NCBI GenBank assembly: GCA_963836065.1
Contig: CAWIII010000039.1
Span: 20,968-84,967 of the forward strand
DNA length: 64,000 bases
Origin: an uncultured Solirubrobacterales bacterium
GTDB taxonomy: Bacteria; Actinomycetota; Thermoleophilia; Solirubrobacterales; Solirubrobacteraceae
Direction: 5' to 3'
Positions 40,031 to 50,140 of the stretch are shown in pieces. A model generated the notes under the pieces. That model saw nothing but the letters and a program-made list of their open reading frames with translations, was not told the origin of the DNA and did not search any database. The translations under genes were made by a program, and so were the position numbers. The number at the start of each line of letters is the position of its first letter. The stretch's first letter is position 1.

Positions 40031-42286
40031 CTATCCGAGGGGATCGAGCCGATGGGTGAGTGCGGTGTGTCGGCGGCCGGCTCCGGGGGTGCGGACGGCT
40101 TGCGCGAGTGCGCGGCGGGATCCGGCAAGGACGATGAGTTGCTTGGCGCGGGTGACGCCGGTGTAGAGCAGGTTGCGTTGCAGCATCAGCCAGGACGAGG
40201 TGGTGAGCGGGATCACCACGGCGGGGTATTCGCTGCCTTGGGAGCGGTGGATGGTGATGGCGTAGGCGTGGGCGAGCTCGTCGAGTTCGCCGAACTCGTA
40301 CTCGACCTGCTCGTCTTCGTCGGTCAGCACGGTGAGGGTCTGCTCTTCCAGGGACAGGCCGGTGACGACCCCGACGGTGCCGTTGAAGATCCCTGCCTGG
40401 CCCTTGTGGTAGTTGTTGCGCAGCTGGGTGACTTTGTCCCCGACGCGGAACACTCGCCCGCCATAGCGTTTCTCAGGCGTCTGGTCGCGTGGTGGAGTGA
40501 GGGCTTCCTGCAGGAGCGCGTTGAGGTTGCCCGCTCCGGCGGGCCCGCGGTGCATCGGCGTGAGCACTTGGACATCGCGGAGGGGGTCGAGCCCGAATTT
40601 GGCGGAGATCCGGCGGGCGACGACGTCGACCACGAGTGTGGCGGTCTCCTCCGCGGGGTGCAGGCCGGAGTCCTCGGAGGGGTCGCACGTGAACCAGTAG
40701 AAGTCCGGGAAGCCGGTGAGCTGCGGGGGCTGACCGCGGTTGATGCGGTGGGCGTTGACGACGATGCCCGACTGCTGGGCTTGGCGGAAGATCTGGGTCA
40801 GGCGAACCCGCGGGATGCTGCCAGCGGCGAGCAGGTCGCGCAGGACTTCGCCAGCGCCGACGGACGGGAGCTGGTCGACGTCGCCGACCAGTAGTAGGTG
40901 CGCGCCGGAGGGGATCGCCTTGATCAGCTTGTTGGCCAGTATCACGTCCATCATCGAGGTCTCATCGACCACGACCAGATCGGCGTCCAGGGGGTCGTCG
41001 CGGTCGTATCTGGCCTCGCCGCCAGGCTGGAGCTCCAGCAGCCGGTGAACGGTGCAGGCCTCATGGCCGGTCAGCTCCGCCAGGCGCTTGGCGGCCCGGC
41101 CGGTGGGCGCGACCAGCACCACGGTCGCCTGCTTGGCGGCGGCCAGCGTGACGATCGAGCGGACGGTGAAGCTCTTGCCGCACCCCGGCCCGCCGGTCAG
41201 CACCGCGACCTTGCTGGTGAGCGCGAGGGTGACCGCCTCTTGCTGGCCGGCGGCCAGGTCCTGCCCGGTCCGGGTGTGCAGCCAGCCCAGCGCCTTGTCC
41301 CAGTCCACCTGGGCGAACGCCGGCAACCGCTCGTCGCTTGAGTTCAACAGGTCCAACAGGCTGGCGGCGAGGGAGCGCTCGGCGCGATGGAACGGCACCA
41401 GGTAGATCGCCGCGATGGCAGCGTCGCTGCCTGGCACCGGTTCACGGACGACACCTTCCTCGGTCACGAGCTCATCCAGACACGGGCCGATCAGCTCCCG
41501 GTCGACCTCCAGGATCTTCGTCGCCTCGCGGATGAGGTCGGGCTCGGGGAGGTAGCAGTGCCCGTTATCGGCGGCCTCGGACAGGGTGTATTGCAGTCCG
41601 GCTTTGATCCGCTGGGGGCTGTCGTGCGGGATCCCGACCGCCTGGGCGATCGTGTCCGCGGTCTTAAAGCCGATGCCCCAGACCTCTGACGCCAGCCGGT
41701 AGGGCTCGGCGCGCACGATCGAGATCGAACCGTCGGCGTAGCGCTTGTAGATCCGCACGGCCAGCGACGTGGAGACCCCGACGCCCGACAGGAACACCAT
41801 CACTTCCTTGATCGCCTTCTGCTCCTCCCACGCATCGGCGATCCGCTTGGTGCGCTTGGGTCCCAGTCCGTGAACCTCGAGCAGCCGGCCGGGCTGCTCT
41901 TCGATGATCGCCAGGATCTCGGTGCCGAAATGCGAAACCATCCGCTCGGCCATCATCGGCCCGATCCCCTTGATCATCCCGGAGCCCAGGTAGCGACGGA
42001 TCCCCTGGATCGTCGCCGGCAACACGGTCGTATAGGAGTCCACCTGGAACTGCCGGCCGTACTTGGGATGGCTGCTCCACCGCCCGGTCAGGCACAGGCT
42101 TTCCCCGACCTGGGCGCCTAAAAGTGGCCCCACCACCGTCAACAAATCAGGGCCGGTCCGCTCGGTCGCCACCCGGGCGATCGTGTAGCCGGTGTCCTCG
42201 TTTGCGTAGGTGATCCTCTCCAGGACCGCCTCCAGCACCGATTGGCTCTGCGACGGATGCGGCGAGACCGGCGCCGGCCGGCTCAC
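40031..42286 (-). CDS. recD2: ATP-dependent RecD-like (RecD2) helicase
   Basis: N-terminal HPKYGRQF and HhH IKGIGP, GGPGCGKS, VVDETSM, GDVDQLPSV, YAITIHRSQGSEY. Confidence 0.95.
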   Translation of the reverse strand: MSRPAPVSPHPSQSQSVLEAVLERITYANEDTGYTIARVATERTGPDLLTVVGPLLGAQVGESLCLTGRWSSHPKYGRQFQVDSYTTVLPATIQGIRRYLGSGMIKGIGPMMAERMVSHFGTEILAIIEEQPGRLLEVHGLGPKRTKRIADAWEEQKAIKEVMVFLSGVGVSTSLAVRIYKRYADGSISIVRAEPYRLASEVWGIGFKTADTIAQAVGIPHDSPQRIKAGLQYTLSEAADNGHCYLPEPDLIREATKILEVDRELIGPCLDELVTEEGVVREPVPGSDAAIAAIYLVPFHRAERSLAASLLDLLNSSDERLPAFAQVDWDKALGWLHTRTGQDLAAGQQEAVTLALTSKVAVLTGGPGCGKSFTVRSIVTLAAAKQATVVLVAPTGRAAKRLAELTGHEACTVHRLLELQPGGEARYDRDDPLDADLVVVDETSMMDVILANKLIKAIPSGAHLLLVGDVDQLPSVGAGEVLRDLLAAGSIPRVRLTQIFRQAQQSGIVVNAHRINRGQPPQLTGFPDFYWFTCDPSEDSGLHPAEETATLVVDVVARRISAKFGLDPLRDVQVLTPMHRGPAGAGNLNALLQEALTPPRDQTPEKRYGGRVFRVGDKVTQLRNNYHKGQAGIFNGTVGVVTGLSLEEQTLTVLTDEDEQVEYEFGELDELAHAYAITIHRSQGSEYPAVVIPLTTSSWLMLQRNLLYTGVTRAKQLIVLAGSRRALAQAVRTPGAGRRHTALTHRLDPLG

Positions 42287-42690
42287 GTGCGGCGTACCCG
42301 GCGGTCCAGTTCCAGCTCGCGGACGCGGCCGTGCGCGAGCGCGAGCTCCTCACGCAACCGGGCGATCTCCTCGCGCTGGCGCTGGCTGTCATCAAGCGCC
42401 GCGCGCAGCCTTGCGCGCAGCGACGCGTCGCTGGCGCGGTGGCGCACCGGCAGGCGCGCCGGGGCCGCGGCCTGCGCGGCCCGGAGCGCCTCGATCTCCT
42501 CGCGCAGCGCGGCGTGCTGGTAGAGAAACGCGCGGCTGACCCGCGCGCGCTCGGCCACGCTAGCGAACGTGACCGTCACACCCTCGCGATCGAACTCGCG
42601 CAGCGCGCCGCCGACGCGCTGCTCAGCCTCCAGCGTGCGCCTGGCCGCGGCGGCGGCAACCGGGCGGCGGGCCGGCTCGCCACCCATCAA
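42283..42690 (-). CDS. TnpC/DUF6262-like HTH coiled-coil protein
   Basis: VTFASVAERARVSRAFLY, ASDASL, coiled-coil tail. Confidence 0.8.
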   Translation of the reverse strand: MMGGEPARRPVAAAAARRTLEAEQRVGGALREFDREGVTVTFASVAERARVSRAFLYQHAALREEIEALRAAQAAAPARLPVRHRASDASLRARLRAALDDSQRQREEIARLREELALAHGRVRELELDRRVRRT

Positions 42691-44213
42691 GCGCCCGCCA
42701 CCTCACCGGGAGCGGCGAGGTCGAGCAGGTCCAGCTCCCCGCCGTCGGCGTAGTCGGCCTCGATCGCGTCGAGCCCTTCAAGGATCCTGGAGAGGCTCTG
42801 CTCGTCGCGCTCAAGCACCTCAATCAGCCGCAGGCTGTTGTTCTCGCGCGCCTTCTCAAGCAGCCGGCGCGTCTCGCCGCGTTGCTGCTCGTGCACGGCG
42901 CGGAACGAGCCGTCGGTGAGGAAGCTCGCACAGCTCAAGCACGCGTTCGGATGCGGGCAGCTCTGCACCAGCGGCAAGCCGCAGTAGCCGTTCGGCAGCG
43001 CCTGCTTGGCGCGCGCGATCCGCTCCTTCATCCACGCCGCCTCCTGAAGCGGACCGTCGACCGGCAGCGCGATCCGCTCGCCACGGATATTCACCCGCTC
43101 GTGCCAGCGCCACACCTCCTGCTTGACCGTCTCATCGTGCAGCCGCGCGTAGTGCGCGGTCATCTCGATCGACCCGTGATCGAGCACCTTCTGGATCACC
43201 GTCAGCGGAATCTTCTCGTTGACCATGCTCGTCCCGACGTGGTGGCGAAACAGGTGCGGATGCACGCCGAGCACGAGTTCGCCGTCGACGCCACGGATCT
43301 CCGCAATGCTGAAATAGCGCTTGACGATCTTCCGGATCGTCACAGGCAACAGATGAAAAGCGCCTCCCTTGCCGTTGCGCTGGCCCGACGGCGGGGAGGG
43401 AAGCAGCCATCCAGTGCCCTCGGGGTAGCGCTCGGCCAACAGCGCCTCCTGGCACTCGAGCTGCTGCGAGAGCGCCGGCGCGATCGGCAGCATCGCCTGG
43501 CGCTTGGCCTTTATGTTGAAGTAGCGCAGATACGACTGGCCGTCGGGCCCGAGCTCTCTCGCGTCGCGCGTCAGCGTAACCACGCTCGAGACTCGAAACC
43601 CGGTGAAGGCGAGCAACAACGCGACCGTCCGGTGCTGCTCGTCATCCAGCAGCGCGAGATTGGCCGGATCGACCCACTGCGCGAACACCTCGCCCGGGAG
43701 CTGCTTGGCCAGCCGGTAACCAACCCGCGGGAGCTCGGCGCGATGGATCGCCGCGCTGCGCGGCAGGCCTGCAAGGCCATCCTCGGCCTGCTCCTCGAGC
43801 AGCGCACGCAACGCAACGACGTGGTGGTTGCGCGTCGCTGGCTTCCAGCCTGACTGCTGACGCACCCACAGCAGGTAGTCCTCCAGCACCGCGCGAGAGA
43901 GCAGCGCCGGCGCAACCGTCTCGGGTGCGTGTGCGGCCAGCCAGTCGCTGAAGCGCCACAGGTCGGTCAGGTAGCGGCGCATCGTCTGCGGCGTCGTGTC
44001 GCCGAGCAGGCGGGCGCGGGCCCAGCGCTTCGCGGCCTCCTTCAGCCACGGTTGCCGTACCCCCCCAAAGTGGATCAACACCTCGCCGCTGTAGGTAGAC
44101 GCCAGGTCGCCGTGCGGCAACTCGCCCTGGCGCCAGACGTCCTTCGCCCACAGCGCCTCCCAGCCACGCGGCGCGCGGCCACCCTCCACAACACGCAGCG
44201 GCTCGGCGCTCAT
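42687..44213 (-). CDS. Tyrosine recombinase, TnpB-like
   Basis: TGFRVSS, HLFRH, LDH, TAHYA; Cys-rich tail LPNGYC...CPHPNACLSC. Confidence 0.9.
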   Translation of the reverse strand: MSAEPLRVVEGGRAPRGWEALWAKDVWRQGELPHGDLASTYSGEVLIHFGGVRQPWLKEAAKRWARARLLGDTTPQTMRRYLTDLWRFSDWLAAHAPETVAPALLSRAVLEDYLLWVRQQSGWKPATRNHHVVALRALLEEQAEDGLAGLPRSAAIHRAELPRVGYRLAKQLPGEVFAQWVDPANLALLDDEQHRTVALLLAFTGFRVSSVVTLTRDARELGPDGQSYLRYFNIKAKRQAMLPIAPALSQQLECQEALLAERYPEGTGWLLPSPPSGQRNGKGGAFHLLPVTIRKIVKRYFSIAEIRGVDGELVLGVHPHLFRHHVGTSMVNEKIPLTVIQKVLDHGSIEMTAHYARLHDETVKQEVWRWHERVNIRGERIALPVDGPLQEAAWMKERIARAKQALPNGYCGLPLVQSCPHPNACLSCASFLTDGSFRAVHEQQRGETRRLLEKARENNSLRLIEVLERDEQSLSRILEGLDAIEADYADGGELDLLDLAAPGEVAGA

Positions 44214-45337
44214 GCGACCAGATCCGCCACCCTCTCGAGCACGCCGCGCTCGGCCAGCGCATTACGCAGATCCTCGGCGGTGGGGTGCGTGTAGATCAGC
44301 ACCGAGGACGGCGAGCGGTGCGTCAGCAGCGCGCCGATCACCTCCAGCTGCACACCGTCGCGCCACGCCAGCGTCGCGTACGTGTGGCGCAATTGGTGCG
44401 CCGTGAACCGAAAGCCGACCTTGCGCTGCGTGCGCTCGACGATCCGGTCGACATTCGAGTAGGTCAGCGGGCGCCCGACCTGGCCGCCCCACAGGTTCAC
44501 GAACACGAAGTCGCAGTCCAAATCGCCGTATTCCTCGTGCATGTAATCGCTCCACAGCCGCATCAGTTCCGGGGCCACCGGCACGCCGCCCTCGGCGCCG
44601 CCCTTGCTGCGCGCTCGGCGGTGCGCACCCTCCCGCACCCTGATCACAATCCGCCGCTCCCACGCCACCACGTCCTCATGACGCAGCCCGAGCGCCTGGC
44701 CGACGCGCATCCCCGTGCTCGCCAACAACGCGAACAGGAATCGGTCGCGCAACCGCTCCTGGCAGTCGATCACCGCCGCTACCTGCTCAAGCGAGAGCGT
44801 CCTCGGCAACGACCGGCGCTCCGGCAAGCGCACCGCGCGGCCGCGCGCGCGGCTGCGCGCGATCCCGTGCAGAAACGGCTTGTAGCCGCCACGGCCACTG
44901 CGCGTCTTCACGATCAGATCCTTGGCCAGCGTGCTCCCGTGCCTGGCCTGAAGCTCATAGAAGCCGACTACGCCGCTGAGCATCCGATTGACCGTGCGCG
45001 CCGACAAACGTGACGCCTCCTCGGCCAGCGCCACGACGTTCTCCGCCGGACGCCGCGCCCACGCCGCGAACTCGCCCAGCTCCATCACCCCGACCTGATC
45101 CCAGCTCAGGCCGCGCTCATCAAGAAACGTCCAGAACGCCCGCAGATCGTGCGCGTAGGCCTCAACCGTGTTCGGCGAACGCTCGCAATCCGTCAGCCAC
45201 GCCAGGTACTCGTCGATCAGCTCGACCGGCCGCCGATCCGGACCGATGACCGTGAACGACTCGATCCCGCTCGCCGGCAGCAGCAACCGGCGGACGGTAT
45301 AACGCGGCTTGCGCTCGTTGACGTCGTTGACTTCCAA
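44210..45337 (-). CDS. Tyrosine recombinase, TnpA-like
   Basis: SPNTVEAYAHDL, TGMRVGQ, HQLRHT, LTH...IYTH. Confidence 0.92.
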   Translation of the reverse strand: MEVNDVNERKPRYTVRRLLLPASGIESFTVIGPDRRPVELIDEYLAWLTDCERSPNTVEAYAHDLRAFWTFLDERGLSWDQVGVMELGEFAAWARRPAENVVALAEEASRLSARTVNRMLSGVVGFYELQARHGSTLAKDLIVKTRSGRGGYKPFLHGIARSRARGRAVRLPERRSLPRTLSLEQVAAVIDCQERLRDRFLFALLASTGMRVGQALGLRHEDVVAWERRIVIRVREGAHRRARSKGGAEGGVPVAPELMRLWSDYMHEEYGDLDCDFVFVNLWGGQVGRPLTYSNVDRIVERTQRKVGFRFTAHQLRHTYATLAWRDGVQLEVIGALLTHRSPSSVLIYTHPTAEDLRNALAERGVLERVADLVA

Positions 45338-45442
45338 GACGCCGGCAACATAACGGCCGCCCCGGACGTCAAAACGACACCGTTGTTGACGTCGTGAACA
45401 CCGAAACGAGGCGTGAACTTAAGCGACCTTCTCGCTACCTAG

Positions 45443-46104
45443 ATGAGCTCGGATCGACTCCTGCCAGCCCCCGCGAGCCCGCCGGCGAGGCCGTGCCGGC
45501 CCGGCGCGAGCTCGAGCGGGCCGCCCGCTACGCCGCCTCGGCGCTCTCGCCGGCCACCCGCCGCGCGTACGAGAACGACTGGCGCACCTTCGCCGCCTGG
45601 TGCGCCCAGCACGCGCTCCAGCCGATGCCCGCGGCGCCGGACGGTCGCGCGTTCCTGGCCGCCGAGGCCGACCGCGAGTTCCGGCCGGTCACGATCGCCC
45701 GCCGCGCCGCCGCGATCGCCGCCGCGCACCGCGCCCAGGACCACCCCAACCCGTGCGACTCCGGCGCCGTTGCCGCCGTCCTTGTCGGGTATCCGCCGCC
45801 AGCACGGCACCCGACCGCTGCGCCAAGCCAAGCCAAGCCGCTCGAGCTCGACCCCCTCGCGCGGCTGCTCGAGCCGATCGACACCGCCACGCTGGCCGGG
45901 CTGCGCGACCGCGCGCTGCTGTTGGCTCGGATTCGCCGCGGCGCTCACGCGCCGGAGCTCGTCGCGCTCGACGCCGAGGACCTCGAGGACGACCCCGGCG
46001 CGCCGGCTCCTGATCACCATCCGCGCCTCCAAGACCGACCAGGAACAAGCAGGAACTGTGGTCGCGGTGCCATACGCGCGCCCGAGAAATCTATGCCCCC
46101 GTAG
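45443..46104 (+). pseudogene. Cre/TnpS-like tyrosine recombinase, frameshifted and truncated
   Basis: TRRAYENDWRTFAAWC, GLRDRALLL, SKTDQE..G spread over several frames. Confidence 0.8.
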
Positions 46105-46149
46105 GCGCAACAGGCAGCTACGACTCGTCGATAGGGCGGCTGACTGGGC

Positions 46150-46565
46150 TCAAAGCTCGAGCGCTTCGCGTTCGATCCGCTCACGCGCGCTGTCTGATGT
46201 GTAGTGCAACCCGCCCTGCGCACGACGTGCACTCGGCAGCCGAGGAGCTCCTCAAGATCGCCCTGCAAGGCCGCCTGCTCGAGCAGCCCCCGCTGTGGGT
46301 CCAGCTCAACGAGCAGGTCCAGATCGCTGTCCGGCTGCGCGTCTCCACGCGCGACGGACCCGAACACGCGCACCGCGCACGCGCCGTGGAGAGCCGCTAT
46401 GCGCTCGATCTCCCCGCGGCGGCGGCGCAGCCCCTCAAGGCTTGGCGCGGGTCCGGTCGGATGTGGGTAGGGCTCGGGTCCGCGCCGGCGCTCGAGCTCG
46501 AGCCCGAGCTCGCCGAGCTTGTGCAGCGCCGCATACCCAGTGTCGCTTCGATTACTCACGCGCAT
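46150..46565 (-). pseudogene. Minimal nucleotidyltransferase (MNT antitoxin-like), frameshift near 3' end
   Basis: VFGSVARGDAQPDSDLDLLV; tail RERIEREALEL* in another frame; no HEPN partner visible. Confidence 0.7.
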
Positions 46566-46773
46566 GAGAGTAGGCGGTCCATCAGCGCGTGCGGGAGATC
46601 AGCCAGGCTCTTGGCCGAAGCCGGGCAGCTCAAACGGCTCCCGGCTCGGCGGCTGGAGGCTATCTGCTGATCCTTGCGCATCAGGCGTGCACCTTGCCGT
46701 CCGATCCGGAGAAAGCCGAACGCGTAGCGCGGGCAACCTCAACGGCAAGCTAAAACATGCTATTTTGCAGGTG

Positions 46774-46801
46774 AGAAGTCGTAAAGGGCATTATCGAGCG
46801 C
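46774..46801 (-). other. Second dif-like site
   Basis: Minus strand GCGCTCGATAA-tgccct-TTACGACTTCT followed by cACCTGCAAA at the same spacing as the 34152 site. Confidence 0.55.
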
Positions 46802-46894
46802 GGTACGGTGGAGGGCTATTCGCCGCCCTAGAACTGCCGGGCCGAGAGCCTGGGCCGGATCACCGACTCGGCAATCAACCACGGCCCGGCCAGC

Positions 46895-47455
46895 TTGTCG
46901 CTGCCGTGGCCGTGCAACCTGTCCTTCGATCATGGCGCTACCTACGACTTCTGTCGTGTGACGCTCGTCTTCGACATCCGCGAGGGTGAGATCGAGGGTA
47001 CGGGCATCGGCGGCCTGAAGGTGGCAGCAATCGCGGATACGCCGAAGGTCATGACGGAGGGCAATTGGCGCCTCGGCGTATTCGTTGACGCGCAGGCGAC
47101 GGAGGAGCAGGCCGAGAAGCTCGTTCAGGTGTTCAGTGGACAGCTCGGGGGCCCGATGGCGGCGCTCGCGCCGCTGGTTGGGGAGATGCTCGGTGTTGAG
47201 CGAGCCCGGATCGATGTGAACCATGACGGCCTGCGGCACAGCGTCCGTGTCGGGGACGCGATCGACTTCGAGATCGAGGACATCGTGCCGTTCGGCGTCG
47301 AGACGGGCGAGCCGGTTCGGTTCTCGGGCATGTTCCATCCGGCGGGGTCTGACCTCACGATGGCGGAGGCGAAGCGCTCGCGGATTAATGCCTTCGGGAT
47401 CGAGTACGAGGGCAAGACCGGGCTGTCGAAGTCCGAGTTCTCCTGGGCCGCTTGA
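46895..47455 (+). pseudogene. DUF1326-family protein lacking its N-terminus
   Basis: PCNLSFDHGATYDFC...MTEGNW...FSGQLGGP; first Cys motif and a credible start missing. Confidence 0.7.
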
Positions 47456-47459
47456 AAAC

Positions 47460-48030
47460 ATGATCGCCTCGGCACAGGAAGGCGTCCCCGCTGGCGGTCT
47501 CGCGCCGGCCTTCGCGGCCGCACGCGCCCGGTTCGGGCTGGTCGCACTCCTGTTCGCGCTCGCCGGCGTGGGCTGGTGGTGGACCGTTGACCGAATGCGA
47601 GGCATGGACGCCGGCCCATGGAGCGGCCTCGGAACCCTTGGCTGGTTCCTCGGCGTCTGGATCGTGATGATGGGCGCGATGATGTTCCCGTTGGTCGCCC
47701 CGACGGTTGCGCTGTATTCGCGACTGACGAGAGGGCGTTCGCCGCTCGCGCCGCTGCTCTTTGCCGCGGGGTATCTCGTCACTTGGGGCGGGGCCGGGGT
47801 GCTCGCCTTCGCGATAGCGGTTGCCGGAAGCCCGATCGCGGGCGACGTGCTGGCCTGGGACCGCGCCGGTCGGTGGGTCGCCGGCGCGACGCTGCTCGTC
47901 GCTGCCGTCTACGAGCTGACGCCGCTGAAGGATGTCTGCCTCGGGAAGTGCCGCAGCCCGCTCGGCTTCCTGCTCGGCTCTTGGCGGGACGGCTGGTCGG
48001 GCGCGGTGCAGATGGGGATCAAGAACGGGC
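47460..48030 (+). pseudogene. DUF2182 membrane protein truncated at C-terminus
   Basis: WIVMMGAMMFP, YELTPLKDVCLGKCRSP; breaks before the CxGCCW motif. Confidence 0.75.
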
Positions 48031-48061
48031 GCTTGTGTAGGCACGAGCGAAAGAGATCGCT

Positions 48062-48340
48062 ATGCCTACGACTACGAGAAGCAGGACGCAGAAGAGCAGG
48101 ACCAGGACCGAGCTGGAGCAGCACGCCGCGGAGCTAGAGGCTCTCGGGTTGGGGATCGCGCCCGCCGCGGACACCCCGGCCGTGTCGCCGGAGCTGGTCG
48201 ATGAGGCTGTCGACCGTGCTGCTGGCCGCCGGCGGGTCCGTGAAGCTCTCGGTGTGCCGTCTGACAGGCGGATCAGCAACGAGGTGATCGACGAGCTGCT
48301 CGCCGGCGCAAGCACGGAGGAGGAGATCGCCGGGCCCGGG
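48062..48340 (+). pseudogene. IS256-family transposase N-terminal fragment
   Basis: ISNEVIDELLAGASTEEEIAGPG then abrupt junction. Confidence 0.55.
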
Positions 48341-48344
48341 CGGG

Positions 48345-49240
48345 CCGGTGAGGGTGATGTGGTCGGTGGCGAGCGGGCTGAGGCGCTCGATGTCGCCGTC
48401 GGCGATCTCGGCGCCGGTTGCGTTGAGATGATCGAGCGCGCGCTGGGTGTAGAGGGTGTTGTAGAGCACGATCGTGTTGACGATTAGGCCGAGCGCGCCG
48501 AGCTGTTCTTCTGGCCTTGGCGGTAGCGCTGGCGTAGCTCGCCACGCCGGCCGTGGCAGACATCGCGCGCGAGGCCGTGGCGTCCCTCGCCGCGGTTGAG
48601 CTGGGTGAGGATCCGGCGCCGGAACGGCTGGTCGTTGCAGTAGTCGAGGAGGTGGACGGCTTCGCGGCCCGACCGAGCTGCTGGAGCGCTTTGGCGAGCG
48701 AGGCGAGGTGGCGGGTGTGGCTGCGCAGCGCCCGGATCAGTTGGCTGGCGGTGGTGTGGCGCTGCAGCAGGCTGCCGGCGACGCGGAGCAGGTCGTCGTA
48801 GTGCGTTTGGATCAGTCGCGTGTCGATCTGGTGGCGGGCGATCTCGTCAAGCGCCCCGTAGTCGGTTCGTTTGATGCGCCAGAATCGGGCGGCGCCGGAG
48901 TCGGCCAGCCGCGGGCTGTAGCGGTAGCCGAGGAGGCGGAAGAGGCCGAAGATGATGTCGGTAGCCGGCGGTGTCGGTCATGATCTCGTGCGGCCGGACG
49001 CTGGTCTGTGGGTCCAGGAGCCCGTCGAGGATGTAGGGGGCGTCGGGCTCGGTGCCGGTGATCACGATCATGTGCAGGCCGGCGTAGTGGTCGGCGGTCG
49101 TGCCGAGCAGCGTCACGCCCCTGCGGCGGTCGAAGTAGCGGCGGTTGTAGGCGGCGTGGATCGTTCTGCGGGGGACGACGAACCGCCGCCCGTCGATCGA
49201 GGCGACCTCGCCGCCGCCCCAGCGCTCGGCGAGGTCGAGG
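48345..49240 (-). pseudogene. Tn3-family transposase C-terminal (DDE) fragment
   Basis: WGGGEVASIDGRRF, EIMTDTAGY, YSPRLAD, ERLSPL; frameshifts. Confidence 0.85.
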
Positions 49241-49244
49241 CAAA

Positions 49245-50010
49245 GAGCTCGCCACGCTCGTCCAAAGCTACGCGCCGCAGCTACTGAAGGAGCGCGGGTG
49301 CGGCCCGCTGACCGCCGCCAAGCTGATCGGCGAGATCGCCGGCGCGGACCGCTTCGCCACCGATTCAAAGCTCGCGCGCACCAGCGGCGCCGCGCCGATC
49401 CCCGCCTCCTCTGGCAACACCCGCCGCCACCGCCTCGACCGCGGCGGCAACCGCCAGCTCAACTGCGCGCTTCACCGCCTCGCCGTCAACGCAGCCCGCT
49501 ACTGCCCCAAGACCGCCGCCTACCTCGCGGCCAAACAAGCCGAGGGCAAGACGCGCAAAGAAGCGCTCCGCTCACTCAAGCGCTACCTCGCCCGCCGCGC
49601 CTGGCAGCTCCTGCGATCACTCACCACCGAAGAACCCGCGCCCGCCGAGACCACGATCCCCGAAAGGCCCAAGGCCCGCGAGACGGTCACCGCCGACGCG
49701 GCGCCCCACGGCCTGCGTTAGGTAGCCCAACAGCGCCCAACACGCCGCCCGAGGCGACGGCAGCCCGACCACCGAGCTCATCGCCAACACCATCCGCCGG
49801 CCGGATTTCGCCCGACGGATCGATCAACCCACCCCGCTCGAGGCCCGCAGACGGGCTTACAACGCGCCGCCACTCGACGCGAACCCCAGCAACGCTTCCC
49901 GCCGCTCTCAACCGGCGCTTACCGCCTCAACCAGACGCACTCGCAGCCGCCACAATCCCCGCACATCACCCCGGATCACCGCAAAGAGCTAGAAACGCTT
50001 GACATAGGAG
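49245..50010 (+). mobile_element. IS110 remnant: transposase C-terminal half (to 49721) plus non-coding right end
   Basis: GCGPLTAAKL...GAAPIPASSG...RGGNRQLN...LKRYLAR; ends at CTTGACATAGGAG (49998-50010). Confidence 0.82.
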
Positions 50011-50140
50011 CGACATCCGTCGTCCATATCGGGAGCTCGAGCGACCGAGGGCAGCAAGCTCGCGTTCAGTTCGAAGCGAGAGCTCTGGTCGGCCGCCGCG
50101 CGCGTTCCCGTTCAGCGACGGGCGGGAAGTCACGCGTGGC

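Larger units (their letters stand above)
39880..45422 (-). mobile_element. Tn554-like tyrosine-recombinase element carrying recD2
   Basis: Perfect 14-bp inverted ends TTAAGTTCACGCCT (39880-39893) / AGGCGTGAACTTAA (45409-45422) enclosing four overlapping ORFs. Confidence 0.82.

Noticed and set aside
42283-45337. Classical RIT element
   Set aside because: Only two recombinases; the third gene is TnpC-like rather than a recombinase
46150-46565. Functional MNT-HEPN toxin-antitoxin pair
   Set aside because: No HEPN gene follows and the MNT is frameshifted
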